From positions 274,536,001-274,600,000 of the forward strand of contig OZ024740.1 in NCBI GenBank assembly GCA_964016885.1: a DNA stretch of 64,000 nt, in the 5' to 3' direction. The translations under genes and the position numbers were made by a program. The DNA comes from Eledone cirrhosa (Eukaryota). Below are positions 14,091 through 28,108 of this stretch, one piece after another. Below the pieces are notes generated by a model. The model did not search any database. It worked only from the letters and a program-made list of their open reading frames with translations, and was not told the DNA's origin. Position 1 is the first letter of the stretch. Each line of letters starts with the position of its first letter.

Positions 14091-14373
14091 CACTTCTTCC
14101 CTAGTAGCTTTCCAATCTTTGGTCCAGAGTTGCTTATTTAAGTGACAGTATCCCACTTATGTCACAACAAACCACTATATCTGGTGGGGCTGTATCACTA
14201 CCTGCATCCTGCAAATTTTTCTGGTTCAATCTCACTATGCAGCACTTATAGCTTGAGTTGATCAATGCCTTGTGAATGAAATTTAAATCATTGACATTGT
14301 GATGAAGCCCCATTGTATATATGTACATATAATAAAATTTGTTTTCACACTAACATAGCAGATACGTAAATAC

Positions 14374-15196
14374 GTAAGAACGGGATGGAAGAAGTTTAGG
14401 GAACTACTACCACTGCTAGCTGCAAAAGGCTTCTCCCTCAGAATGAAAGGCAGACTGTATGATGCGTGTATCCGAACAGCGATGTTGCATGGTAGTGAGA
14501 CCTGGGCGCTGAAGGTGGAAGACTTACGTAGATTAGAGAGAAACGAAGCCTGCATGCTCCGATGGATGTGTAACAGTAATATACGTGAACGACAAAGCAT
14601 AAAGGAATTGAGAGAGAGACTGAGCATAAGAGGAATCAAATTCTGCGTGCAGGAGAGGCGGTTACGCTGGTATGGACATGTGATGCGTATGAAGGATGAC
14701 AGCTGCATAAAAAGGTGCAGAGCACTAGAAGTTGATGGAAACCGCGGAGTGGGGAGACCCAAGATGACTTGGGATGAGGTGATAAAAGCCGACCTTACCC
14801 AACTACACCTCTCAAAGTCAATGACACACGACCGTGACCTCTGGCGTCACGCAGTAATACAGGGTACCCGACCTCCCATGGGTACATGCTGAAGCATATA
14901 AACAATATGCCCCCCCCCCCCCACCGCAAGGTGGTCGTGGAGGTGCCACGGCAAAAAAGCACCCAGCCCACACTGTAAAGTGGACGTGTAGGCGCCACGA
15001 AAAAGCACCCAGCACTCACTGTAAATGAGGTTGGTGTTAGGAAGGGCATCCAGCTGTAGAAATCAAGCCAGATCAGTTCCTGTATGAGCAAGGCATGGTC
15101 AGCCGACCAGACACTGCCCACAACAGGACAACCCGTCTAACCCATGCTAGCGTGGAAGAACGGACGTAAAACGGTGATGATGATGATGATGATGAT
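14374..15196 (+). mobile_element. 5'-truncated RTE LINE (C-terminus and 3'UTR)
   Basis: ORF 14443-14892 [27 protein letters not shown], then (gat)n tail. Confidence 0.9.
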
Positions 15197-15446
15197 TCGT
15201 GAATGAATAATAATATAATAATAATATTATTAATATTCAATTCGTTTGCAAGCAAATAGCCCTTTACTCACATGTGTCATCCTTTTGTTCCAGTGGTAGT
15301 AGAGAGAAAAATAATCTACAATTGTTTCAGAGTTATTGCCCCTTATCAAGATTATGTATTTCTCTCTGTTTGGTATAAATAGGTTATTGACACCTATTAA
15401 ATGAATTAGTGGTGAAGGTGGTGGAATTTGCAACATATATATATAT

Positions 15447-15550
15447 TGTTATACTTGGGGAGGGTCATATTTTTGTAATACTATTGCCAGAAATAATAAC
15501 AGAACATACTCACTGTTTGGTTGGTTTTCGTTTCTCCATCTTTTATATCT
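15447..15550 (-). mobile_element. Partial short LTR (same family as 16011-16181)
   Basis: Begins ATAT-TGTTATAC and is the reverse complement of 16078-16181. Confidence 0.55.
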
Positions 15551-15950
15551 CCAACTGTAAAACTAGAAATGTAGTCTATAGCATAAGATGTACAGAAGGC
15601 AAAATAGAACTTAGAAAGCCAAAGTTAAACAGAAAAAATGAATGGAATAACAACAACAACCATACCCAAACAAACAAAACTGACTTAAGAGAAATATAAA
15701 TAAATAAATAAATAAATATATACACAAGCACAATAACAACAAATATATAAACACACACTAATAAACAAAGATAAAATACAAAAACCAAAACACATACACC
15801 CAAACGCGAACACACACACACCAAACACTATACATATACGCAAACGCATGCGCAGAGACGGAGACAAAAATAAATAAATAAATAAATAAATAAAATAAAA
15901 ATGGCATAGACATTACAATACAATACAATAGGGGAAAACATGATAATAGT

Positions 15951-15992
15951 ACCACTGATGATGTTGCAGATGTGCAACGAAAGAACTTTGTT
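15951..15992 (+). ncRNA. Minimal hammerhead ribozyme motif
   Basis: CTGATGA-T-GTTGCA GATG TGCAAC-GAAA-GAAC-TT with a perfect 6-bp stem II. Stem I is degraded. Directly followed by (TA)n. Confidence 0.6.
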
Positions 15993-16010
15993 CGACTATA
16001 TATATATATT

Positions 16011-16181
16011 TATATCTGTATTTTTGACCATTGGTCAGTCAATGATAAACATTGATGGCTGAATGAATTAACTATGTAGATATAAAAGATGCAGAAGCGA
16101 AAACCAACCAAATAGTGAGTGTGTTCTGTTATTATTTCTGGCAATAGTATTACAACAATATGACCCGCCTCAAGTATAACA
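16011..16181 (+). mobile_element. About 170-bp solo LTR-like element
   Basis: TATAAAAG box and 3' end aagtATAACA followed by ATAT. A full copy with TG..CA ends lies at 39636-39806. Confidence 0.55.
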
Positions 16182-17911
16182 ATATTTGTTTCGACACACG
16201 ATTTCATATAAAAAACCTCGCAAAACAAATATATGTATATATAAAATTACAAAATGGTGGCAGAGCCCACAGACTTCCAGAGTATCATATCAGAAGCAAC
16301 TGTCACCAAATGATTCAGTTAAATCCCCAAAGAAAACCAGCTGAGGTTATGCATGTTACTGAACTTGACCTATTCTCCAAATTCTGGTAGAGCTGTTCTG
16401 CTATGGAACAGATTTTGTGTGACAGATAGGGAGATTTTAGTTGCTATGTAAGTTGGTTCATAATGGTGGAATCTGCAACTAGGAAAGAAGGAGCAATCAG
16501 TGATACTCTTGGCTCTCAGCAAAACTCTCACAACCCAGTGGTGTGGTTATGATGATGTGAGTAAAAGCCACTTCTAAAAGAGCCTAATCTTTACAGGTCT
16601 GAGAAAATTACCAAAGTGGTGACTGGTGCAAATAAAGCGACCAAACAACTGCAGTGAGGTCAGATTGAATTTAAAACAATCATACTACATGGTCTTTTAT
16701 GTGGTGTAGCAAGAGATTCATTTGGGCTTTAGGTAGAGGAGCTCATTTAAAAAATATATTGCGGTTTATATCTAATACCATAAAACTGGTGGAGCCTGTG
16801 ATATGACCTTGGAGATGGAAGATGGAGGCACAAAAGATGGACACCAAAGAGGGTCCAGAAAGGAGTAAACATTAATCTGGGGCCTGTCTCATTGAAATTC
16901 TGAAAGATACAGCCAGAGAAACAATTATACAACAAATAACACCTTAGTGAAATAAATGTCTATATACCCCAACTCATTCCCAAAATTGGTTGCTATCCTA
17001 ACTTTGGATATTCTTTACCAAGTAAAACCATGAGTGTGTGTGTGTCTGTGTGTCTGTTTTTTGTGTTTACTGTTGTTTATGTCCTTTAACTTTGTGATTC
17101 AACAAAAAATGGATTCATAAAACAAGGACCAGACATGAAAGAATAAGTACTGGTGTTGATATGGTCAACTAAATCCTATTTGGTGGTGCCCCTTATCACT
17201 GCAGCCTGAAAGAAATAAGTAAAATAAAAAAGAATATATAAATGACTCTTCCATTGGTTTCAATGATGAACATTCTAATTATTCAATCAATATAACAGCT
17301 TACTCATTATGTTTTATAGTTTAAGTAGGGCAGTGTATTGGCAGTATTGATAGAGTATTGGAAAACATGCTTTGCAGCATATAGTGACATCCCTTTATGT
17401 TCTGACTTCAAATCCCGATGATATTAGCTTTGCCTTCTATCCATACAAGATCAATAAAATAAAGTAATCAATGTTTCCTTCCCACAAAATTATTGGACAT
17501 GTGCCTGAATCAGAAACCATCATATAGGGTAAGTGGTTGAATATTCTATCCTTTCAATCAATTCTACTTTTTATAGTAAATGATAATGTAAATGGCTATA
17601 TATTCCAATTGTTCATGCAATTCAGCTGTTTACTTGTGGCTGAGTAGTCCACAGATGTTTACTTTCTACATAATCATCAAACAGAAACAGCCTATGACAA
17701 GGCTGTCTCTGCCATTGCAGGTACAGTTATCCCAAGAGGTTTCCACACAATTTCCATCTACCTAGTTTCACTCACAAGTCTTGGGTGGACATGTACTGTG
17801 GTAAAACGTATTTATCCATGATGTTATACCCTAGGATCAAAACTGGCCCCTCATGAAAGTGAAGCAAACTTCTTTAATTGAGCACACACATACACACATA
17901 TATATATATAC

Positions 17912-18505
17912 ATGTGATGGAAGCCTTAGAGTGGGAAGACCCAGGAAGACTTGGGATGAGGTGATAAAAACTGTACTTGCTTAACTGCACCTTTCAAAGA
18001 TGATGACACAGGACCGAGATCTCTGGCGTTATGCAGTAATACAGAAGACCCGCCCTCCCATGAGCACAGGCTGAAGCTAAAGCATATATATATATATATA
18101 TATACAATGCATACCCCACCCCAACTCCAACCTCCTATACATCATCTATGAGGGCAGGCTGAAGCATACATCTAGTGAAGCCTCCAGCCTACACTGTAAA
18201 ATCGTTATGATTGTGACAGGATAAAAAGTGCCCAGCACACACTGTAAAGTGGTTGTGTAGGTGTCACGACAAAAAGCACCCAGCCAACACTGTAAAGTGG
18301 TCATGTAGGTGTCACGTCAAAAAATCACCCAATATTCAGTGTAAATGTTGTTGGCATTAGGAAGGCCATCCAGCTGTAAAAATCAAGCCACAATCAATTC
18401 CGTATGAGCTGACATGGTCACCTGACCTGGCATTGTTCACAGCAGGACAACTAGTGTTACCCATGATAGTGCGGAAAAATGGATGCTAAGAATGGAGATG
18501 ATGAT
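17912..18505 (+). mobile_element. RTE LINE 3' end
   Basis: GRPRKTWDEV..DRDLWR motif followed by tandem 3'UTR units and a (gat)n tail. Confidence 0.8.
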
Positions 18506-19409
18506 ATATATATATTTATATACACACATATATATATTTATATATGATATATATATTGAGATATACTTATGTTTATATATGTATACACATTTTTTTAGAG
18601 ACAATGTATAAAAAAAATAATTGTTAAAACATATATAATAAATAAAAATACACTCACACAGACACACACACACACACGGGTGGGCACAAACAGATATATA
18701 GATATACATGCATTTATGTACACAAGTACTTTTACGATTTGTGTTTGTATTTTCGGTCTTTAATTCTTTGCCAGTTTAATCGTCCTTCCTGTCTATATAA
18801 AAAGTCCAAGGTTGATTAATATGGCTCTATTATCTAGTAATTCCCTCTCTGTTGAATACACAAAAGATTCTGTCCAAGACTGTAGAACAACTACTTCTAT
18901 AAATCAAACAGATTGTTTTATAGTAGATTCGCCTTCTTATTTATCTATTTATTAATATTTTTATCTTGATACATTCTATGTATTTATCGATATATTGTTT
19001 TATTCATGTTTCTTTATCATTTTGAATGCATTCATATTCATATATACATACAAGCATATATATACTACATATATGTATATATATATATATATATAATATA
19101 TATATATATACATACATATATATATATATACATACATATATTTACATACATATATATATATAATAGATACATATATATATATAATAGATACATACATATA
19201 TATATGCATATATATATATATAATATATATATATGCCTATATATTAATATAAGCTGGCAAATTATCGATGTCATTTGAATATCAGATGGAATGTCTTGTG
19301 ATTTTGTTCCAAGTATCTGGGCTTTGAGTTCAAATCCCACTGTAAATAACGCTTCTTTTCATCCTTTTATGCTCGATAATTATAGTACCGGTCAAGGGTT
19401 TTTGAAATG

Positions 19410-19610
19410 TTAATATGTCTGACAATTTGCCTGGCTGTATCTGTTCCAGCTCTTTGCAAATGTTGATGTCAATACCTGCAATAACACAAGCACTATGTTG
19501 TATTATCTTCTGGATTTCTCTTAGATACGATTGGTAGCATAGAGAAAGGAAATTTGCTTGTAAGGTTAACACTTATTCTTTCATAAACTACTATGCTCAA
19601 GTCTGCCACA
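19410..19610 (-). pseudogene. Degraded R4/Dong-like C-terminal fragment
   Basis: ..YLREIQKIIQHSACVIAGIDINICKELE.. resembles the RLE C-terminus seen at 7049. Confidence 0.35.
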
Positions 19611-19864
19611 TAAAAAGAAACTCTCCAGGTGCAAATCTATAATTTCTAAAGACATATGGAGGGCCCTGTATACAAACATTCACATATTACTTATATATAA
19701 ATATATAAAAACACACATATTATGTGGTATACTTTTGTAAATATTCCATTTTCAACAGAGAAGCTGTGTTAAAACTTCCCTGTAGAAATCAGCTCCTGTT
19801 ACTTTACATTCCTTAAGCATTTACATTCCTCCATTATCACCATCATCATCATCATCATCATCAT

Positions 19865-20075
19865 TTTACTCTATATAAACTATTGTATTTTTGTGGTAAA
19901 GGATTTATCTTACATACTTTTCTCCCATAATAGCAAATCTACGAGATTTTGATGTTATTTATTTTGAGAACAATACCTTAACATAAGTATGAGTGGCCAG
20001 TTATGGTTAGTTTTAACAGAAAGAAGTGAGAGAATTCTGATTCAGATATGGCCAGTTTAAATGCTAAAGGGTTAA
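19865..20075 (+). mobile_element. piggyBac-like MITE (right part)
   Basis: Ends AATGCTAAAGGG-TTAA. Internal sequence matches the 4472 and 21994 copies. Confidence 0.65.
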
Positions 20076-20509
20076 ATGTGAGAAGTATTATTGTATATGT
20101 AATAGGATTTGCTATGATGATTATAAGCAAAAATATTGAATGTGTATCACACCATAAACTTGTACCATTGAACCACCATGGAATATCTAGCCAGACGTGA
20201 GCCCTTACTCTTTCACATATTGCCTAGTTGCAGCATTCAAATGCTTTTGTTGGTCAAAGTGACACCTGTATTATCAAAGAATATATTATACTTATAATTC
20301 ATATATCCAGCTTTGTTATAGTGTGTTATGTTGATACTAGCAGGGAAATTTTGTTATGAGAGCATTTTTCTGGAATACTCAGCCACTTACGTGTTAATTT
20401 ATCTAGTATGAGTTTCAGTTGGTGGAACAACTGAAAGCTTATTGTTGAAACCAGTAGAGGATACATCATCTAAACTCTGATAATAATTAAGATAGCATCA
20501 TCATCATCT

Positions 20510-20685
20510 TGGCAGTATCGGTAGAGGGTCGGATATGCTTTCCAGCATAGTTACGTCCCTTTACGATCTGAGTTCAAATCCTGCCGAGGTTAACTTTGCC
20601 TTTCATCCTTACGGGGTCGATAAAAAAAGTACCAGTAATGTACTGGGTATTTGCTGGCCTTGTGCCAAAAGTAGAAACAATTATT
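20510..20685 (+). mobile_element. SINE family B
   Basis: Matches the family consensus. Confidence 0.85.
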
Positions 20686-20699
20686 ACTAAGAAGTGACC

Positions 20700-21000
20700 C
20701 CCCCCCCCTTCCTGGAGCCATGACAAAAGAGCCCATCCCACACTATATAGTGGTCATGTAGGTATCACAACGAAAGCACCCAGACCTCACTGTAAAGTGC
20801 TCGTGCATGTGTCATGACAAAAAGCACTCAGCATACACTGTAAATGTAGCTGGCATTAGGAAGGGCATCCAGCCATAGAAACCAAGCCAAAATCAATTCT
20901 GTGTGAGCGAATCATGGTTCTCCAACCTAATCTCTCACAAACAGAGAGCCTGTCAAACCCATGCTGGCGTGGAAGATGGACATTAAACGATGATGATGAT
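20700..21000 (+). mobile_element. RTE 3'UTR fragment
   Basis: Tandem units, ggaagggcatccagc motif and (gat)n tail. Confidence 0.7.
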
Positions 21001-21993
21001 GTGTAACTATGTATATCATATTCTCAGTTAACAGTATTAATATTTGCAAACTTACATACAGACATATAGGTGTTTATGGGAGAGAGAGAGAGAGAGAGAG
21101 AGAGTATGTGTGGAGGGAAGGGGTAATGTATTAATTGTAAAACAGTGTTTTTTATAGTAATATTTGTGTTTTTGTTGCCCTTGCTGTAGAAAACACCCCT
21201 GTAATCCTACTATTGGTGTAGTTATTATCCATGTAGTTCTTGTGGATAATCATCATGATTAAGTTTGTTATTCATTTAGACAGAGGCCAACAGGTTGTTT
21301 TTTTTTAAAGTCATTAATATATACAACATGACAAAAAAGTAAATAAATAAAAATGCCATAGTTGAAAGGTAATTTTTTGTTGTTCTCAGTTTACTTTTTA
21401 CTGGTACTCTCAAAGCTATGTTTTTGCCATTTTTATATTTTTATCTTATATTATTTCTCATTTTTCACCAAAATTTCCCTTTTATATTTTGTATTCATCT
21501 TCGTTTGAAGGATTCATCGTATGGAATATAAAAGCAGATTTTATTATATTTTTAAACATTTTTTTATCTATATATTTATTTATATGTATTTATTTCATTT
21601 TTATTTATTTATTTCATTTTCTCAATTGAGTCATCGTTCTTTAATTCATCTCTTTGACAACCGCAGTATTAAGACATGAGTGCAGTGTTTATAATAATTG
21701 TTAAAGACACTATAGACCCTCAGGGTTAACTGTTAGTTAAGCAGTTCTTTATGCTGCTTTGATTTCTGATGATTAATAAATATATAATTAATGTAATATA
21801 GAAAGGAAAAAGAAAACAAAGCAAACAAAAATCATAAGAAAACATTTGAAATAAAAAAATACTAAAATGTCACTTTTAAAATAAAATAAAAACAAAAAGT
21901 ATGGCAGCCAACAACAATACCAACACCCAAGAGAAAACAAATGAGATTCTACTTGGTCATGCAAATTTCTAGAAATATAAAAAATTTCCTTAA

Positions 21994-22409
21994 CCCTTAA
22001 GCATTCACATTACTCTATATATACTAGGATTGGCAGTATCGGTAGAGGGTCGGACGCCATGCTTTCCAGCATAGTTACGTCCCTTTACGATCTGAGTTCA
22101 AATCCCGCCGAGGTTAACTTTGCCTTTCATCCTTACGGGGTCGATAAAATAAAGTACCAGTAATGCACTGGATAATTGCTGGCCTTGTGCCTAAAGTAGA
22201 AACAATTACTCTATATATACTATTATATTTTCATGGTAAACGCTATAACTCACATAATTATCATACATAATATCGAATCAATGAGATTTTAAAAGTATTT
22301 ATTTTGAGAACAATACCTTAACATCAGTTTGAATGACTAGTTACAGCCAGTTTCAACAGAAAGGGATAGAGAATTCTGGCCGGTTTTGGCCGGTTTGAAC
22401 ATTAAAGGG
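21994..22409 (+). mobile_element. piggyBac-like MITE containing a nested SINE
   Basis: TTAA TSDs at 21990-21993 and 22410-22413, CCCTT...AAGGG termini. Confidence 0.75.
22027..22204 (+). mobile_element. SINE family B with 18-bp TSD
   Basis: TSD attactctatatatacta at 22009-22026 and 22205-22222. Confidence 0.9.
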
Positions 22410-22897
22410 TTAAACTAAACTATCATCTAAAACTCAGAAAGAACAGATTTGATAATGTAGTCCTGTATGTCCATAAAATGAAGAAGGATCAAAGTGTGTG
22501 TAAAGGGAGTGAGTGTATGATGGAAGAAACAGTGTTTGGGATGAGAGAGTGGCAGAGTAGGGAATAATGGAAGAGAGGCAGTGCTAGGGAGAGTGAGGTG
22601 AGAGAGACACTAATGGGAGTGAGACAGTGCTAGCAACTACATATTTGCTGGGTATGGGTGAAGGATAGTAATAGAGTCAGAAATAGTAAAGAAGAATGAT
22701 GAATGTTGAAGTGCACCTGAGCACTGTACACAATAATTTCAATGTTATTATTTATTATTAATAGTAAGTGGCCTTGGACAAAGAGACTGGTGGCTCAGCC
22801 AAAAAAAAATGTTGGTAGTGTGTATCAGTTATAATCAGACGTGATGCTTTACTATATATAAATTTGAGTGACTTCTGTCTGTCCATCCTTCTGTCAC

Positions 22898-23055
22898 ACA
22901 CTAGAGATGACTGGGGAAGGAAGGGGGTGAGGACGTCATGCACTAGAGATGACTGAAGAAGGAAGGGGTGATGATGTCATGCACCAGAGATGATTGAGGA
23001 ATGGGTGATGATGTCACACACTAGAGATGATTGAGGAAGGAAGGGGTGATGACAA
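22898..23055 (+). repeat. Minisatellite, about 38-42-bp unit x4
   Basis: cactagagatga.tg..gaaggaaggggtgatga.gtca repeated. Confidence 0.8.
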
Positions 23056-23103
23056 CTTACAGAAAACAGCACCGAATATTCATTACACATGTATGTACAA
23101 TCT

Positions 23104-23152
<49 letters not shown>

Positions 23153-23549
23153 CACATAGGAGTCAGTGTGTTGAAAAAAATACTAGTTATAATAAATGTC
23201 ACATATCCTCCATGTCTTGTAAGAGGTGACTAAAAGGATTGTCTATCAAGAAAGGCATCTGGCTGTAAAATATTGTCTCAAATCATCCCAATTTAACCTG
23301 TGCTGGTATAGAAAAGTGGCACGTTAGCATAGCAATACAGTATATTTCAGGTGTGGGTTTGAGTTCCATGAGTGGCACTTTACAAATGTTTTCAATCTCA
23401 GGGTTTGTATGCTCAAATTATTGAACTATTTGTCAAATCAGACAGCATAGATGCTTCTAATTTTAAAATTCAAAAACTTTCTATCACTCAATGATTCTAA
23501 AATTATATTGTTTACATATGTACTGCCTGATTAATATAAGGTTTGATAT

Positions 23550-24525
23550 AATGATTTCTAGTATAGGCACAAGGCCAGTAATTTGGGGAGAGTTGAAAGT
23601 CGATTAAATTGACTCCAGTTACTGGTGCTTTATTTTATCCATAAAGATGAAAGGCAAAGTTAACCTCGGCAGGATTTGAACTCAGACCGTAAAGGACCGT
23701 AACTCTATGCTGCAAAGCATGGTGTCCAATACTGCCAATCCACCACCCTTATGAGGTTTAATATAATGGAAACATTTGTGTAATTGGTTAGCACAGCAAA
23801 ACGTTATTTTGTAGGTGTGGATTTGAGACCCATGGGTGGTACTGTACAAATGTTTTCCATATCAAAGGGTATGCCCAACTTATTAAATTATTTTTCATAG
23901 TCAAATAACATTGATTCCTCTAACTTTCAATCTCAAAAACTTTCTATCACTCAAGAGTTCTAAAAATAGATTGTTTATTGTTATTATTCAGATGCCAATG
24001 TTATTATTTAAAAGTGGTAAGTTCAAATCCTGCCGAGGTTAACTTTGCCTTTCATCCTTACGGGGTCGATAAAATAAAGTACCAGTAATGCACTGGGGTC
24101 AACTTAATCGACTTCCCCCCCCCAAAAAAAAAAATTACTTGCCTTGTGCCGCTATTAGAAATCATTACTTAAGGGTGGTGGATTGGCAGTATTGGTAGTG
24201 TGTTGGGCACCATACTTTGTTGCATAGAGTTACAACCCTTTTTTTATTCTGATTTCAAATCCTGTTGAGGTTGGCTTTGCCATTAATACTTACAGGGTTA
24301 ATAAAACAAAGTACCAGTAATGCACTGGGGTTCGATGTAATTGACACCCCCCCCCCCCCCCCCCCCAAAAAAAAAGAAAGAATTGTTGGCTTTGTGCCTA
24401 AATCAGAAACCATAAATCCCGCCGAGGTTAACTTTGCCTTTCATCCTTACGGGGTCGATAAAATAAAGCACCAGTAATGTACTGGGTAATTGCTGGCCTT
24501 GTGCCAATAGTTGAAACAATTATTT
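23550..24525. mobile_element. Cluster of SINE family B copies (one minus at about 23550-23750, three plus in tandem at about 24020-24525)
   Basis: Repeated family-B core and tail. Confidence 0.8.
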
Positions 24526-24769
24526 AGATACCTAGTCAGTCTCAATTAAGTAGATCTATGTTTAAAACCCTTCCAGTCATAACCATCTTGTGCTTTGTTT
24601 TAAGACATAATCTATCCAGGATAACATAATTCAATGTTTCCTTCCACTTTCAAGACAGTAGGGTGTTAGGGAATATGACAGTAAAGTTATTTTAGGGATT
24701 TGGTTGCTATTTCTAACAAATCAAGTGACAACTTAGAGGCTTCATCGTAACCTTGTTTAATACTAATTA

Positions 24770-24961
24770 CCATATGTACTTAAATATAAGCTGAGGAGTA
24801 TGTGACCAAAATATCAATAGTAAATTGGGGAGGGTGTTCAGTTTATATATGCTATCTAAACAATGTGTTGATTAGCTGCCTCAGCTTATAAAAAGGGTTT
24901 GGATTTGGCCCATTTCTCAGACATAAAATAGGGGGATTAGCTTATATTCAAGTATATACAG
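24770..24961. mobile_element. pogo/Tigger-like MITE
   Basis: TA-ccatatgtactta.atataagct ... agcttatattcaagtatatacag-TA degenerate TIRs. Confidence 0.55.
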
Positions 24962-25396
24962 TAGGTCACTTAAACTGTATCATTTATTAGCGATAACATG
25001 ATCCAACACTATCTAATCAACTAAGCTAGGAATTAATATAGTACTTTCATAGTATGGGTTTTCAAAATATCATCGACTTTATCTGGTTGGCCTGCAGTGT
25101 TTCTTTTGTTTTTTTCCTTAACTCATTCAAATTCTATTGTTGGCCCTTATGTGGATTAATATTATTATTGGTAGAAAGTCAGACGCCATGTTTTGCAGAA
25201 TAGAGTTACTTCCCTTTACGGTCTGAGTTCAACTCCTGTCGAGGTTAACTTTGCCTTTCATCCCTATGGGGTCAATAAAATAAAGTACCAGTAATGCACT
25301 GGGATAATTATTGTCCTTGCGCCAAAAGTAGAAACAATTATTTTATGTTTGTGTGGTAGAAGCCATTAAAATCATTGAAAATAGTATTAGTAAAAT

Positions 25397-25846
25397 TAAC
25401 TTTTTCCTTACCAACCAGCCTGAAACTTGTCCCTGGATATATGATACAAAGCAGCCTGTTTTAAAATGATTTTACTTATATTAAAACCTTTTATCATAAT
25501 ATTATGTAATTTTTTTTCATCAATTATATTCCAAATACCAGCATAATAATGATTTCTACTCTAGGCACAAGGCTAATAATTTTGGGAGACCCAGTGCATT
25601 ACTGGTGGTTTATTTATTGACCCTGTAAAGGTGAAAGGCAAAGCTAACCTCAGTGGGATTTGAACACTATCCCACAAAGCATACTGTCTGACCTTTTACC
25701 GATTATGCAAATCTACTGCCCTTACACCAGCTTAATAATAAAAGCGTTACTTATATTAGTCAATACAACCAACATTTTGAGTATTTTCCAAATTAATTGA
25801 AGCCTTTGCTGTGCCTTTCATTAGAAATGTGGTAACAAAAGAGTTA
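25397..25846. mobile_element. Second TTAA-type MITE with nested SINE B (about 25545-25720); related copy at about 49755-49991
   Basis: Ends ...aaaagagTTAA and aaaagggTTAA. The SINE is flanked by accagc.taataat. Confidence 0.5.
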
Positions 25847-26073
25847 ACAAAATTTCTGACAGAAGTTCTGATGAAAACTTCTGTGCTGTAACTCCCTTCT
25901 CTGGGTTTTACTTGAGTTAGGTTTTTGCATGTCCGCTTCTATTTCTTACTCAAAATATATCATTGTAATACTTCCAGGACTTATTTATCTATCACAATGT
26001 GTAAATGTACCAGCATTCTTTCTCTTTCAAATGTGGCCCCTGCTTCATAATGATGTTATATATATATATATAT

Positions 26074-26593
26074 AAATACGTATTTAAGAAAGCCACAACA
26101 ATGCAAAGGGAAATCTCGAGGTAGGAAGTGAAATATAGATAGGAAAAACAGGTGAAAGTGAAAGTTGAGAGAGACAAAGATGAAAACAAAACAAAGGTAG
26201 AAGGGTTACCGTAGTAGAGATTTTAATCCCAATATTTCGGGCTCACGCCCATCAACGGGGGAAAAGTTCCAAAAGGGGGGAAAAACAGGCCAAGCGGAGA
26301 AAGTGGTGATGTCGTTAAGACAGGAATGCCGTTAACGGCATTCCTGTCTTAACGACATCACCACTTTCTCCGCTTGGCCTGTTTTTCCCCCCTTTTGGAA
26401 CTTTTCCCCCGTTGATGGGCGTGAGCCCGAAATATTGGGATTAAAATCTCTACTACGGTAACCCTTCTACCTTTGTTTTGTTTTCATCTTTGTCTCTCTC
26501 AACTTTCACTTTCACCTGTTTTTCCTATCTATATTTCACTTCCTACCTCGAGATTTCCCTTTGCATTGTTGTGGCTTTCTTAAATACGTATTT
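26074..26593. mobile_element. Perfect 520-bp palindrome with two variant hammerhead folds (26227-26262 minus, 26405-26440 plus)
   Basis: Centre gccgtt|aacggc at 26333/26334 with no spacer. Stem I TCCC/GGGA, core CCGTTGA, stem II GGGC-GTGA-GCCC, GAAA-TA-TT. (TA)n on both sides. Confidence 0.75.
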
Positions 26594-26632
26594 TTACACA
26601 TTTCACAATGCTTCAAGCAAACTTTAACACCC

Positions 26633-26707
<75 letters not shown>

Positions 26708-27999
26708 CTTTTATTTTTGAGACATAATGACATTAAATATACAATCATACATATATATATATGACATCTTTTATTGTTGATGAGCCACACCTTTTTTTCC
26801 ATCCATATTTGGAAATTCATAGCAAACCAGAACTAAATTCGAAATAACTTACTACTTCTAATTTAGAGGCTAGCAATATTTGTCCAGTGTCTTTTCTGCT
26901 TTGCAAAAATCTTTCACACCAAGAAACAGAATGTAAAGGAAAAAGTAAATGTGTATAGATAGTTATAGAAATAAAAAATTTATGAACAAAGAAAAAGGTT
27001 ATGCTTGTCAAATGGACTTAACAACAACAACAATAACATCAACAATAAACTTCAACAATATACAACGTTTCTAATGATCACACACACCCACACTGTGTTA
27101 CATTAATTGCAAAATGTGACATGTTTTCTATCATTTATCTTCTGTTAAAGATTAATTCTAGTGATTTTTGTCTCCCATGCTTCAGCATATGACTTCTGTC
27201 AGATGTGATGACCAAGACATCTCTCAATATGACTAAAATGTTGCTGTTTGAGACACCTTGTTCAAAGAACCTCTTTTAACAACAACAAAAAAACATAAGT
27301 AAAAATATGCTGACCAGAACAGTGGGGTATTTTTTTGTTACTTTTTGCTTGTTTTTGAATGCAGTCTTTTTTCTTTTACTTAAAAATAATTCTGGAAATA
27401 ACATTCATCTTATTTCAAAGATGACAGACAAAATACTGTCTATTCTTTCTTTTTTCTTGTTTCTTATTCTTTCTACGTTTTTTTTTTACTTGTTTAGTCT
27501 CCTACCATTCCCTCTGTGTAATGCTTTGACAAAAAGATAAATAGAATTGTGTATACAGGCAATCATTGATGGAAGAATCTTGTCATTGCTATTTGCTCTT
27601 CTTTGCCAAAAGCTCACTGTAAGGATTGGTCAAGAATATAGAACCAAACATTACATTTCTGCTAAAAGTATTTGTGATCAGAAAGTGCCAATCAAGGACT
27701 GCAATCAATCTGTATTCTGTGATGTGAGTTGTTTGGGAAAGGCAGGTCTTTGTTTCTTAAAAAAAAAACATCACGGACACACAAAAAAAAAAATAAAATA
27801 AACTTATACACAGTTCAGGCTCCTAGATAATGTATATACATATGTGTATGTGTGTTGTGTCATTTGACATTAAAAATAAATATATTACTGGTCAATAAAA
27901 AAATATAAAAAACAATAAAAAATATACAGCTCAAAGTCAATCAAGTTAGTTTTCTCAAAATACAAACTTTGCTATTTCATTAAAGTAAAAGTGTACAGA

Positions 28000-28108
<109 letters not shown>

